Positions 42,424-55,657 of a stretch of 64,000 nucleotides of DNA are shown here, piece by piece. The position numbers and the translations under genes are program-made. This DNA comes from Octopus sinensis. Its lineage: Eukaryota. The notes under the pieces are model-generated. The model had not been told where the DNA came from and made no database searches. It saw only the letters and a program-made list of their open reading frames with translations. The first letter of the stretch is position 1. Each line of letters starts with the position of its first letter. Location: contig NC_043005.1 in the NCBI RefSeq assembly GCF_006345805.1, forward strand, positions 107,880,001-107,944,000, given 5' to 3'.

Positions 42424-42835
42424 TGTATATATATGCATGTATATATATGTGCTTATTTCGACATATGTCTCTACATATGTGCATACATATTGATTTAATC
42501 TTGTTCATCAGTTTGTGAACTCATGTAAACTCCAAATACACTTTTTACCTTGCATTCATGAAATACCATTATTATCTCATAACCATCGCTCCACCCCACC
42601 CCCATCCCCCACCCCACCCCCATTCCCCTCTGTGCACATTTCTCATTCTCCAGCTTGTGACCCTCTGTATATTACCCTTTAGTTTACTCTCGTTTTATTT
42701 CTAGGACCCCATCTCATTGTCCTTTTCTCTCATACATATTTTCTTGTCCTCTTTGAAAATTTTCAAAATGAAATATTTCCAGAATATTGCTCATTGTGAA
42801 ATACTTTGTAGTTTGTTGAATAAATCTGATATGTG

Positions 42836-42879
<44 letters not shown>

Positions 42880-43275
42880 CAAAATAAGCAATAAGGATAT
42901 CCAGAGACAATGCAGTGCGATCGTTTCAAGCAACTCCATTTAATTGAACAATGCAATCATTACATCAATTTAAATGCAGAGCAATCCTCAGTTGCATAAA
43001 GACACAGAATTAAATTAAATTATAACAGATGGACACATTAGTATAATTTTACCTAAAACCTCCTAGAAGGTAAGGAGACAGACGAAACACATGCTGTTTT
43101 CTCTTCAGCTTAGAAGCTACTAAGGTATCAGGGAGAAAGATTTGTTAGAGATCTAGGTTGTCTCAGGTTCAGCTTTAATTTATAGTATATATACATATAA
43201 AAACACACACACACACACACACATATATACATATATGCACACTTACATATATTATACACGCACACATTATTTTTA

Positions 43276-43309
<34 letters not shown>

Positions 43310-44159
43310 TTAGGGGATTTAATGATGCATATTACAAATGTCATAAATATATTTGATAACATATTACAAGTGAGTTCTAATCCAAGTTATCAGAAATCTA
43401 GAAAATAATCATCAAGGTACCACATAGAATAGTGAATTGACATTATTATCAGATATCTGAGTTGCTTAATTATTTATATTGCTTAATTATTCATATTATT
43501 TATAATAATGTGTATTTCTTTTTTATTTCTGCAATACCAGGTTAATGAATTAATTGAATCAGAAAACTGATTGCAAAAAGAAAAAAAAAAGTGCTTTCAG
43601 GCTCTTCTTGTGAATCTTTACAATCTGAGTTGAAATCTAGTTGTGGCCAACTCATTCATTCATTCTTTTGGATCGGATAAAAGGAAAGCGCTTGTGTAAT
43701 ACTTTGTGTACCCTCCTGTCATAAATGACCGATGAGGGTTCTACAATTTCTTGCTGGACAATCTGCACAGATTATTTACTTACAGTGGTCAAATGTTTGC
43801 CTTGCACATCAGCTCACTGCCTACGTTGGATCAACATTCTCTATAGTAGTGCACAGTGTGTCACACATCAGCTGTCAAATGGATCATAAAGCAATGTAAA
43901 AATTTACTGTTTTGCTCAAGAACGCAACATACCACCTGATCCAAGAATCGAAACTATGACCTTGAAATTATGAGAGCAATCCCTTAACCACTAGGCCTTC
44001 AGCAGTGTAATAATATGGTATGGGGGTCGATGTAAGGGACAAATCCATCCCCTGAAAGTTGCTGGCCTTGTACTGAAATTAGAAGCAATCATTTTTGTAG
44101 TATGAGTTTGGAAATCTAGGATTGTTTGTATAATGAGGAATTGTTCTTGATAGACATTA

Positions 44160-44475
44160 AACTGAGACTCCCTTCAGTCATGACTGACCGTGGGATTGCA
44201 CCTAGGAAGTTACCCTCCCAGGCACAAGTCTGGGCAAGGTTGTTTATGGAAGACCAGCAGTCGCCCATGCATACCGGCCTCCACTCTTCACGCCATTAGT
44301 GTTATCCAAGGGAAAGGCAACAGCAGATACAGCTTGGCATCGCAACTCATTTCTACAGCTGAGTGAACTGGAGCAACATGAAATAAAGTATCTTGCTCAA
44401 GAACACAACACGCAGCCCGGTCAGGATTTGAACTCACAACCTCATGATTGTAAGCTCGATGTTCTAACCACACTG
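44160..44475 (-). mobile_element. SINE family E (tRNA head, CORE-like body)
   Basis: Reverse complement matches 46240-46545. Confidence 0.8.
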
Positions 44476-45237
44476 AGGAAAATTATGCTGTGACTCTTCT
44501 TATAGTTGTTGTTACTGCACTTATTGTTGTACTGACATCAGCATTGATGCCCTGGTTTTACAATTACTGTGCTGGTATTTTTGTTGATGCATTAACATTA
44601 TATCTGGTGCAGCTTTGATCAAACGAACCTTTTGTTGCCACATTTCCAAGCATACCAATTAATGAAGTATAAAATGTAAACATAATCAAACATTGTCATT
44701 ATCTTTTCCAATCCTGCAGCATTTCACATGGAATTTTTGGCCCTTCAAAGTCATTTCAATGTATTAGTCAATTTATCTTTTTGCTAGTAAGTTTTGGTCT
44801 AAGAAATTCAACTTGTATACCAGAAAATACACTAATATTTTGTTTTCCCATCAGATACAACATCTTTCTACATGTTCTGTATTTCCTAAGACAGTATAAT
44901 AAGACATGAATGAGATTTGGCTTGAATACTATTTCCAGCAGGGGGAATACTACTTCTTGTAGGTGGGGGCCATAATATTTCTTCACGCTAAGAGTTGCTG
45001 AAGTAAGGAACAAACTGCCAGCATCAGTTGATCAGTTGTTGGAGCACTGCATCCTTCAAAACTTCCATGCTTCCTGAGATTCGCCAACACTGCACCTGAT
45101 CTTCTCCCCTCCATACAAACGCAAGCATGTATCTGACTCATACACTGTTCACTTTCCAGATATTTGTACATTACTGAATATGCTTTATATGCACTTTTGA
45201 CAAGTTGTGGTGCACCTGAGCACTGTATACAATAATT

Positions 45238-45262
45238 TCATTATTATTATTACTATTTTCAA

Positions 45263-45306
<44 letters not shown>

Positions 45307-45317
45307 TATTATTATTA

Positions 45318-45373
<56 letters not shown>
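45238..45373. repeat. (TAT)n microsatellite
   Basis: Direct reading. Confidence 0.95.
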
Positions 45374-45376
<3 letters not shown>

Positions 45377-45911
45377 GTGTGCATCTGAAATGGTTCTTTC
45401 ACGTGCAAAAACCATGGCCTTTTTTTTTTGTTTTATTTATTATTACCAGCAGTTGCAACATGTTTCTGCTCTCCCTACTCTCTAAGACATTGATGTTATC
45501 CAAGAAAATGCTAATGGCTGATATAGTTTGGTACCAGTGTCATACAAGAATTTAAATGCAGAACAAATACTGCATAGCATTTTGGTCAATGCTCTAATGA
45601 TTCTGCTAATCCACTGTTTTAGATTTGTTTACCTTACCAACCCTAGAACTATGAAAATTAAAGTTGATATAAGGTAGCATTTGAACTTAGAAAGTAAACC
45701 TCTGGAACAAATACAGCAACACTTTTGATCTGATGCTCTAATATGTGTTCCAGACAATGTAAACCTAATGAAAGCAAATGATGTAATCTTGACACAAAGA
45801 TCACCAATCACGTGGAGTTTTAAGCTAAAGATGGAAGTTTTTAAGTGGTTGCTCATCTGCTGGAAACAACATACAAATATTCATCATATTATATCTTATT
45901 ATAATAATAGA

Positions 45912-46163
45912 TAAATGTGCCCTTTTAAAGCCTAGCCAGGTTCATGGGCCCGGTTTCCCGGTTTCTATGGCGTATGTGTTCTCCAGCTGGATGGGATGCC
46001 AGTCCATCACAGCGTTACTCATTTTTGCCAGCTGAGTGGACTGGAGCAACGTGAAATGAAGTGTTTTGCTCATGAACACAATGCATCGCCCAGTCCAGGA
46101 ATCGAAACCACAAGCTTACAATCATGATGCTGACACCCTAAACACTAAGTCACGCGCCTCCAC
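45912..46163 (-). mobile_element. SINE family D
   Basis: Closely similar to 55870-56124(-). Has a tRNA head with GGTTTCGATTCC and is flanked by ATTATATCTT repeats. Confidence 0.85.
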
Positions 46164-46239
46164 ATTATATCTTCTTACAAACTATTATATCTTACACAAG
46201 GTAAAATAAACTTAATAATGTAGTCCTTTATATATTGTA

Positions 46240-46545
46240 GTGAAGGCACATGGCTCAGTGGTTAGAGCATCGAGCTTACAATCATGAGGTTGTGAGTTCG
46301 GTTCCTGGACCAGGCTGTGTGTTGTGTTCTTGAGCATGACAGTTTATTTCATGTTGCTCCAGTTCACTCAGCTGTAGAAATGAGTTGCGACATCACTGGT
46401 GCCAAGCTGTATCAGCCTTTGACTTTCCCTTGGATAACATCATTGGTGTGGAGAAGGGAGGCCGGTATGCATGGGCGACTGCTGGTCTTCCATAAACAAT
46501 CTTGCCCGAACTTGTATCTCAGAGGGTAACTTTCTAAGTGCAAAT
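46240..46545 (+). mobile_element. SINE family E
   Basis: A box TGGCTCAGTGG and B box GAGTTCGGTTCC. Body shared with family D, different tail. Confidence 0.8.
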
Positions 46546-47885
46546 ACAAGTGGCATTCTATGGTTTGTTCTGAAGAGAAATTATCATTCTGTATAAATGG
46601 TAAACTAGAAGAAACCCTGCATTTGTCTTCAAGTGATTGTATTTACTCAGTTACATTACCTACAAAGAATAGCAGCCAAATATCCTGTCCCCTCAAATTG
46701 CATCATACCTTTTAAAGAAACAACACACTGGACAATGTATTCCTATAATATAAAAATGATGGGGATGTTCATGGTAGGAACGTATTTGATAATAGATTTG
46801 CTCAAGCAAAGTTGTCCTGTGACTAAACAACTATTCCTTTCTTTGACTACAGAAGCCATTTGAATTAACAAAAAAGAATAGTAGATTAACAAGGAAGAAT
46901 AAAATGTGACTTGAAAGATTTGATTAGAATTTTTTTTTACATAACGTTTTTTAGTGGCATTTTATGTGCATTAAGATATGTGCTGACAGAGATGAATGGG
47001 AATGCAAAAGGTACAAAAGGAGACAAATATATATTTTGGTAAAATAGCCTTCAAGTTGCAATAAAACTACAAAATTTAGAATCAAAACAAGAAGAAAATT
47101 ATTCTCTCTACAGAATATGAGTGACAGGTAAAAAGACCGTCAATAAATAGACTTGTTTTCTCCCCCTTTATGGTGTTTTTTTAGAATCAGTATTTTTATG
47201 GTTTACCTATCTGGCCATGAATACTGCTATAAATCCAACTGACACTGCAAAAATGCCATACCATTATGAGAATATTACATTTACCAAAAACAGATAGCTC
47301 AGCTTACATGCATAAAGCATAAATAAAATATATAACTTAATATCAAATATGAAATATCAGTTTCAGTAACAGTTTCCAAATAGATTCTCCATTCAGGATA
47401 TGTATAGCAGGATAAAGGCTAAAAGATGTCCCAAAAGTTATAAGTGTTAGGGATTTAAGGAGTAAAACCTCAATTCTGATTTTGAGGAGTAGACTGGCCA
47501 GAAAATGGTTAAACTATGCAACAGTGTGAAAAGTATAATGCAGTATCACTAGCATAAACATGAATGGGTTCTTAAATACCCCTAGAAACGTTTAAGCAAA
47601 TGAAATTACACCTGTAATGGAAAGGGAAAGAAAAATCAGTGACAATTAATATAAAAAAAGACAAGGGAGATAAATCTGCAATTTTCTGAACTACATTTCG
47701 ATCTGATTCAGCAACATTTAGGTTTACACATACAGACTTTAGAATGACGGAGATGTACTTGCATAGCAAGTAATTTGATCTGAGATCGTGTGCTGAAACA
47801 AAAACAATTGCAGCGTGGAAGGTGTTTGTAAGCCATTTAAGAAACACACAAAAGCCGTTCAATACACTTCAACATTTGAGTTTAA

Positions 47886-47935
47886 TTTGTCAAAATATTT
47901 TCGTCGCTAAAATCCGCGACCTGTTCACTGACAAA
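47886..47935 (-). ncRNA. Putative minimal type-I hammerhead ribozyme, G3-C8 core variant (mirror copy)
   Basis: Minus strand: TTTGTCA GTGAACA GGTCGC-GGATTTTA-GCGAC GAAA ATAT T T TGACAAA. Confidence 0.6.
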
Positions 47936-47957
47936 ATTCCGTGCTGTATCACGGATT

Positions 47958-48008
47958 TTTGTCAGTGAACAGCTCGCGGTCTTAAAGCGACGAAAATATT
48001 TTGACAAA
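47958..48008 (+). ncRNA. Putative minimal type-I hammerhead ribozyme, G3-C8 core variant
   Basis: TTTGTCA (helix I) GTGAACA (core) GCTCGC-GGTCTTAAA-GCGAC (helix II) GAAA ATAT T T TGACAAA (helix I'). Confidence 0.6.
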
Positions 48009-48722
48009 TCAAACTTAAATGTTGAAGTGAATTGAACGGCTTTTGTGTGTTTCTTAAATGGCTTACTAACACCTTCCACGCTGCAATTAACTTTAGAATG
48101 ACATGGAATATATTGGCACTGGCAATCACATATATCCATGCCAAATCCTGAATTCTCATGATGTTTTGGGGAAAAGACACAGAATGATTCAAAGTGTTTT
48201 CTGCTTGTTTATTTGCTAACTAGTCTTTTACTTTCCAGGACTTACAAAGAATAAGTCCTGGGTTTGATTTGCTCAACTAAAGGCAGTGCTCCAGCATGGC
48301 CACTGTCAAATGACTGAAACAAGTAAAATAGTAAAAGAGTAATGAGTATGCGACACACCAGTAATTATCAGATTCCCATGAGAAAAGAACTGTGGCAGTA
48401 ATTTTTAACTCTACATGTTCAAAATCAGACTAATGGGCCACTGTTTGTTCAAAAGGTATGTCAAGATAAGGTCCTTCGATAATTTACCAGTAACACCAGT
48501 TGTCTTAAGACTTGGGATGCTTGTACTTCGTGGTCCTTGTTGCCTCACTCAGCTGGTGAATCACAACTTCTGGGAGATAAGTATCAATGAAAATATCATT
48601 GATAATGATACTGAAGACCAATGAGTGGTTTGAAGTATATAGCAAATATGACATCCTATTAGCATTGTCCACTTTGGTGGCCTCCAAAGTTTTCTTCATG
48701 AAGTTTTATCATGATGCTTTAA

Positions 48723-48950
48723 GGTGGCGAGCTGGCAGAAATGTTGGCATACCGGACGAAATGCTTAGCGGTATTTCACCTGCCGGGCATTCTGAGTTCA
48801 AATTCTGCCGAGGTCGACTTTGTCTTTCATCCTTTCAGGGTCGATTAAGTAAGTACCAGTTACGCACTGGGGTCGATACAATCGACTTAATCCGTTTGTC
48901 TGTCCTTGTTTGTCCCCTCTATGTTTAGCCCCTTGTAGGCAATAATGAAA
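48723..48950 (+). mobile_element. SINE family B monomer
   Basis: Colinear with 24787-25024. Confidence 0.88.
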
Positions 48951-49212
48951 CAAGAAACATTAGCGATAATTTAATTATGAATGAACTACCTAAAATGACA
49001 GATGCAAAAGACTTTGATGATAGTATTGGTGGTGGTGGAGGTGGTGGTGGTGGTGGTGGTGGTGGCAATAGTGGTTCTACTACTACTATTGGTGCTGGTG
49101 GTTGTAGGAATGATGGTTCTTTAGTGATTTTTGGAGAAGTGGTACAATAGTTGTGGTAGTCATGCAGTACCTGTGCTGGTGATGGTTTCGCAGTTATAAA
49201 GGTTGTGATATC

Positions 49213-49630
49213 GGGAGCTGGCAGAATCGTTAGCACACCGGGCGAAATGCTTAATGGTATTTTGTCTGCTGTTACGTTCTGAGGTTCTGAGTTCAAATTC
49301 CGCCGAGGTCGACTTTACCTTTCAGCCTTCTGGGGTCGATTAAATAAGTACCAGTTACTGGGGTCGATGTAATCAACTTAATCCATTTGTCTGTCCTTGT
49401 TTGTTCCCTCTATGTATTTAGGCCCTTGTGGGTAGTAAAGAAATAGGTATTTTGTCTGCTGTTACGTTCTGAGGTTCTGAGTTCAAATTCTGCTGAGGTC
49501 GACTTTGCCTTTCATCCTTTCAGAGTCAATTAAATAAGTACCAGTTACGCTCTGGGGTTAATGTAATTGACTTAATCCCTTTGTCCTTGCTTGTACCCTG
49601 TTTATTCCCCTGTGGGCAAGAAAGAAACAG
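49213..49630 (+). mobile_element. SINE family B tandem dimer
   Basis: Junction AAAGAAATAG|GTATTTTGTCTGCTG at ~49447. Both units share a GTTCTGAG duplication. Confidence 0.88.
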
Positions 49631-49639
49631 TTGTGGCTT

Positions 49640-50875
49640 AAGTCTTGGTGGTCGTGGGATGTTGCTGGTTGTGATATTGTTGTTGGCACAGTTGTTTTTT
49701 TGTTGTTGTTTTTGTTGTTGTTCATGGTGGTTGTGGTGTTAATAGTGGTAGTTATGGAGTTGATGCCTAACAGAGCGGTTGTGGTAGCAACGACGATGAT
49801 GATGGCAGTGAAGCTGATGCTGATGAGGATGATACTTGCAATGGTTACGGCACTGGCACAGGTGTTGGTGATGGTGATGGTGGCAGTTGGAGTCACAGCA
49901 ATGTGGTTGAGTGCAGTGGTTGTGATCATGGTGGTGAGAGTAGTAAAAGTAGTGGCTGTGATGCTGATGATTGTAGCTGTGATGGTGGTGGTGGGGGATG
50001 TTTAATATTTTGCATAGCAGTTTGTGATGTTGATGGTGATGTTTGTGGTAGTGGTAGTGGTAGCAGTAGTACTCAAAACGGGGATGGTAATGGTGATAAT
50101 AGGAGGGGGTAGTGGTGGTGGTCATAGTATGGTAGTGGTGTTGATAATGAAAGTAGCAGCAGCAGTAGCAGCAATAGTAGTAGTAGTAATAGTAGTAATA
50201 GTAGTTTTGGTAGCAGCAGGAGCAGCAGCAGTAGCAGTAGTAGTAGTAGTAGTATAGTAGTAGTAGTAGTAGTAGTAAAGTGGTGGTAAAAGAGTTAATG
50301 ATTGCAGTGGCAGTTGCAATGGCTGTGGTGGTGGTGGTGGTGGCGATGGTGGTGACAGTATTGGTGGTGGTGGTAGTGGTTTTGCATCATTCAATGTAAA
50401 AATATGATGACAGCAATGATGAGAGAGGAAGAGGGAGAAGGAGAGTGAGAGGAAGAGGGAGAGATGACTGGAGAAGGAGTTGGAAAGTTCCATGGTATCA
50501 TGAGAGGAAGAAGGGGAAATCCACTGGAGGAGGAGGAGGAGGAGGAAGAAGAAGGAGAAGAAGAAGAAGAAGAAGAAGAGAGGAAGAAGAAGAAGAGGAA
50601 GAAGAAGAGAGGAAGAAGAGAAGAAGAAGAAGAAGAAGAAGAGAGGAAGAAGAAGAAGAGAGGAAGAAGAAGAAGAAGAAGAAGAAGAGAGGAAGAAGAA
50701 GAAGAGAGGAAGAAGAAGAAGAGAGAAGAAGAAGAAGAGAGGCAGAAGAAGAAGAAGAGAGGAAGAAGAAGAAGAGAGGAAGAAGAAGAAGAAGAAGAAG
50801 AAGAGAGGATGAAGAAGAAGAAGGAGGAGGAGAGGAGGAGAGGAGGAGGAGAGGAGGAGGAGGAGGAGGTGGAGG
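49640..50875. repeat. Degenerate GTN/GAT triplet tract followed by (GAA/GAG)n tract
   Basis: Direct reading. Source of the poly-V/T/H/E/R ORFs. Confidence 0.9.
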
Positions 50876-51645
50876 TTATTGTAATGAGATGAAGTGGTAG
50901 TGAGAGTTGAGTAAATAGGCAAGGGCGAGAGGAGGGGGTTGGGCCAATATTTGTTTACGTTTTTTTAATGTTATTTTGTTGTTATTCTAGGAATGTAATT
51001 TCCTATAAAGTACAATGATAGGAAGAGAGAAGACTATTTCGTAAATAGGTGGTTTTCATACCTAGCCCCCCACCCCACCCCATCATCACCCACCACTTTA
51101 CCAAAATTTCTTTTTCACCCTCACTTCCTCCTCTTTCTTTCTTAACTCTTTCTGTCTCTTTTTCTAACGTTACCTTCTTTTTCAAGAAACTACCTCCCAC
51201 CTTCCATTGCATATTATTAACTTTCACTATAATTTATTCCCTCCTCCTCCCCCTTTCTCTCTCTCTCTCTCACTCTCTCTCTCTCTCTTTCAAGTTATTA
51301 ATATCCCTCCCACCATTTCATTTCATTTCATTTCGAATGCTTTTTCTCTTTCTCTCTATTTCTATTTCTTTCCTTTTCTCTCTTATTCAAGTTATATCTC
51401 TCTCTTTCACTATCATATTTTATTATCCTTCTCTCTCTCTCTCTCCCTCTCTCTCCTTGATCTTCTCTCCTCTCTTTCTCACATTCAATTTACATCTAAA
51501 CGATGATGACGATGATGATGATGATCTATCTCAGCTGTGGATACATTACATTACCTATCCTTATATCTCTCTTTATCTATCTCATTTTCTATTCATCTAA
51601 GCAAACACACACATACAAACATGCACAATCAGACACACACACGTA

Positions 51646-51723
<78 letters not shown>

Positions 51724-52279
51724 TTTGTATATATATATATATATATATCATGAGCTTCTTTCAGTTTCGTCTACTAAATCCACTTACAAGGCTTTAGTCG
51801 GCTGAAGACTATAGCAGAAGATACTTGTCCAAGGTGCCATGCAGTGGGACTGAACCTAGAACCATGGGGTTGGTAAGCAACCTACTTACCACGCAGTCAC
51901 TCCTGCACCAATATACATATATAAAACATAAATACATACATATGTACTATTCTTATACTTATTTCAGTCATTTGACTGCAGCCAAGCTGGAGCACCACCT
52001 TCAAAATGTTTAGTCAAATGAATCAACCCTGGTACTTAAGTTTTTAAGCATGATACTTATTCAACTGGTTGGTTTTGCTGAACTGTTAAGTTATGGGGAT
52101 ATAAACATATCAACAGCAATTGTCCAAGGTACCATGCAGTGGGATAGAACCTGGAACCATGTGGACGGAAAGCAAACTTCTTATCACACAGCCATACTTG
52201 CACAGCCCTGCTTGTGCCTAGATACATATATACACACTCATATATATATATATCTGTGTATGTATTGTATATGTATTAA

Positions 52280-52310
<31 letters not shown>

Positions 52311-52340
52311 CACACACATATATATACATATATATATATA

Positions 52341-53008
52341 CAGGGTTGGCCAAAAGTCACCTGAGAGTGAATCAAAACCCAATTAATTCCAAAATTAAAA
52401 CACGAAATTATTTTATATGAGACTTCACTAATAAATAGACAAATACTCTTTACTCTTTACTCTTTTACTTGTTTCAGTCATTTGACTGCAGCCATGCTGG
52501 AGCACCGCCTTTAGTCGAGCAAATCGACCCCAGGACCTATTCTTTGTAAGCCCAATACTTATTCTATCGGTCTCTTTTTGCCGAACCGCTAAGTGACAGG
52601 GACGTAAACACACCAGCATCGGTTGTCATGCAATGCTAAGGGGACAAACACAGACACACAAACACACACACATACATATATATATACATATATACGACAG
52701 GCTTCTTTCAGTTTCCGTCTACCAAATCTACTCACAAGGCATTGGTCGGCCCGGGGCTATAGCAGAAGACACTTGCCCAAGATGCCACGCAGTGGAACTG
52801 AACCCGGAACCATGTGGTTAGTTAGCAAGCTACTTACCACACAGCCACTCCTGCGCCTACAAATGTTGAAAAAAAAAAAAAAAAAAACGTGATTTTCACT
52901 CAGAGCATTCAATTATTAAACATTTATAATTGGAATGAATAAATAAAATTGAATATTAAATATTTACGAAATTTTGATATACTGTTGAATAACTTTTTGC
53001 CATCCTTG
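52341..53008. mobile_element. Tc1/mariner-like MITE containing a full SINE A (52445-52858, minus)
   Basis: TA|CAGGGTTGGCCAAAAGTCA ... TAACTTTTTGCCATCCTTG|TA, with 15/19 inverted matches. Confidence 0.65.
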
Positions 53009-53419
53009 TATATATATATATATGTGTGTGTGTGTGTATAAAGTTATGTTCATATATGTATATGTATAAATACTGTAAATTGGTTGGTGTGAAGAAGGGC
53101 ATCCACCCATAGGAACCATGCCAAAGTTGATACAAGTTCTTGGTACAACATTACAGTTCAGTGGATCTGGACAAACCATCCAAACCATGGGAAGTGGACA
53201 TTGAACAATGATGATTATGATGAGGAGGAGGAAGAGGATGATGATGACAATGACAACGATGATCTGAATAACTTTTGACTGCAATTGCCAACAACTAGAT
53301 TGTAAAATTATATGATGTAGTCGGTGAAAATTATTACCTGAGTGTCCAAGATTTTCTCAAAGATATAAACCTCTATGAGTGTTTGTACCCTGTATTTCTA
53401 AAACCAAAAAAATCTGTGT

Positions 53420-53570
53420 TACATCATAATGTCACAAAATTTGTGCCACAGATGCTGACAAGTGAAGGAAAAGGGAATTGATCCAGGGTCAGTTAAGAGC
53501 ATGTTTAGTTCTTCAAATAATGGTAAAAACATTCTGAAAAGTATCATAACGTGTGAAGAAATGTCAAAAG
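53420..53570 (+). pseudogene. Mariner transposase fragment
   Basis: VTKFVPQMLTSEGK and, after a frameshift, NGKNILKSIITCEE resemble the mariner WVPxxL linker and FL..I.TGDE motif. Confidence 0.55.
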
Positions 53571-53745
53571 AAATGTAGACATTGATATGGTTAGGATCAT
53601 GATGATTGATTCATTCAGAAGTATGGCAACGTGTCACTGAATTTACTGATCTGTTTCTACAAAATTCTTAATGCAGACTATGTATTGTATGTAAGAATAT
53701 TTGGGGGCTGCAAAAGGACAATTATAATGACCACATCAACAATTA

Positions 53746-54040
53746 GTGGAGGTGCAATGGCCCAGTGGTTAGGGCAGCAGACTTGCGGTCGGAGGATCAC
53801 AGTTTCGATTCCCAGCCCAGGCATTGTGTGTGTTTATTGAGCGAAAACACCTAAAGCTCCACAAGGCTCTGGCAGGGGGTGGTAGCGACCCCTGTTGTAC
53901 TCTTTCACCCCAGCTTTCTCTCAGTCTTTCTTCCTGTTTCTTGAGTAATGCTGCGATGGACAGCTGGGGAGAGCACATATCCACAGAAACCAGGAAACCA
54001 GGCCCATGAGCCTGACTAGGCTTGAAAAGGGCGGAAAAAA
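53746..54040 (+). mobile_element. SINE family C with tail type 3 (same tail as family D)
   Basis: Family C head and body, then GAGTAATGCTGCGATGGAC...AGAAACCAGGAAACCAGGCCCATGAGCCTGACTAGGCTTGAAAAGGGC. Confidence 0.85.
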
Positions 54041-54287
54041 ACGCACCAACAATCTACTATTATAGCAAGCAAAAGCACCAAGATATACTTTATCAAAAAA
54101 CACTAATGGTACCCTGAGGTGCACATAGTTTTAAAACAATGAATGGCAGGAAACCAAAGCCACCAGGGGGTTCTGATATGTTCTCACATGTGTGGGGTGT
54201 TATATAGTTTAGGGCTTCATGTTATAAAATTATAATTTGTTTATTTATTGTATTTAATATCCAAAACTATATATTTCATAAATGAGA

Positions 54288-54664
54288 TCTTTATATATAA
54301 AAGTCAAGTTGTGTGTCTGTCTCCTACGATTTATATTCCTAACAACTCCCACATTTTGCGGTGCAGTCGTGATTCATATCGAGCCCTTCTGGGTATTAGC
54401 GCGCGTCTACGATGAGTCTACGATTACAAAAAAAATTTACCATCATTTTTTTCCATTTTAATGCATTTTTGCGCTATTATATTAGGGATAAGGGAAGTAA
54501 CTCTCTAAAAATGTCTAAGATGAGTCAAAGATTTTTGAAAAAATTTACCATCATTTTCTTTCCATTTTTAATGCATTTTTTGCTATTTTTTGGCTATAAC
54601 TCTCTAAAAATGCTTATATAGTTATTTCCCTTACAAACCCGAGCAACGCCGGCGATACTGCTAG
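54288..54664 (+). mobile_element. Non-autonomous Helitron
   Basis: A|TC 5' terminus (TCTTTATATATAAAAG), subterminal GC-rich CCCGAGCAACGCCGG, CTAG|T 3' terminus, no TSD. Internal ~100-bp tandem duplication. Confidence 0.8.
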
Positions 54665-54864
54665 TTTTTAATATGTTTCTTGTATAAAATCCTTGCTCTC
54701 CTAGCTCCCTTTATTGTTCTATGATTTTGTCTTGTCCTTCCCCAGTAATATTCAGGTATTTTCAATAGTATGGAAAATAAAAACTTTAAATTTAGAAAGT
54801 ATTAATGCCATTTTTCCTTGTTGTTGTTGCTACTGTTGCTGCAGCTGCTGTTGCTGTTGCTGTT

Positions 54865-55215
54865 GAGTGAAGCAGTCTGTCGTCCCAGAGCTCGCAGTGG
54901 GAGAAGTCCAAATCATGGTCCTTTGCTATTCGTAAGACCCACAGAAGAGAAAGCAGGTCAACCCCCGACACAGAGAGCTTCGACAGATGGATGAATGTGT
55001 GTCTAGGCTCAGCGGTTGCATAGGAAATTGGGGAAAAGAAACAGGAAGAAAGAGAGAAAGTTGGAGCGAAAGAGTCAACACCACCCCCTGCCGGAGCTTC
55101 ATGGAGCTTTAGGTGTTTTCGCTCAATAAACACACACAACGCTCGGTCTGGGAATCAAAACCGCGATCCTCCAACCGTGAGTCCACTGCCCTAACCACTG
55201 GGCCATTGTGCCTCC
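54865..55215 (-). mobile_element. SINE family C, tail type 4
   Basis: Family C head and body, then a distinct tail ending in (CAA/CAG)n. Flanked by TGCAGCTGCTGTTG repeats. Confidence 0.82.
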
Positions 55216-55657
55216 TTGTTGCAGCTGCTGTTGTTGTTGTTCTTCTTGTCATCTTTAAGGCAACAGATTAGAAGAATCATTGAAGGAACAGAGAACATGT
55301 TACGTGTCAGTTGTTCTACAGTTTTACCTTGTAAGGTCAAGACCGGCGAAAGTCGCCTAAGCTTTTCATTCTTTTAGGTATCACTAAAATAAGATATCAG
55401 TCAAATACTGAGGTCTGTGGTATTAACTACTACCTTCTCTTCAAAATTGCTGACCATGTGCCTAAATTAAACACAATTGTTACCATTGCTTTTGTGATTC
55501 TTACAGCTGGTAATTAAGTGTTTGACAAAATGTCTTGTTGCATTTGTACTGGTACATTATGATCTGAGTTCAAATCCTGCAGATATCCACATTTTTTCCC
55601 TTCTCAGATTGATTATATACTCTCCTAGATAGCACTCCCACAAACTGCTGGCCTTAA

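Larger units (their letters stand above)
47749..48089. mobile_element. Palindromic non-autonomous Penelope-like/retrozyme-like insertion
   Basis: 13-bp direct repeat ACTTTAGAATGAC at 47736-47748 and 48090-48102. Near-perfect inverted repeat 47806-48088 centred at ~47946. Confidence 0.8.
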
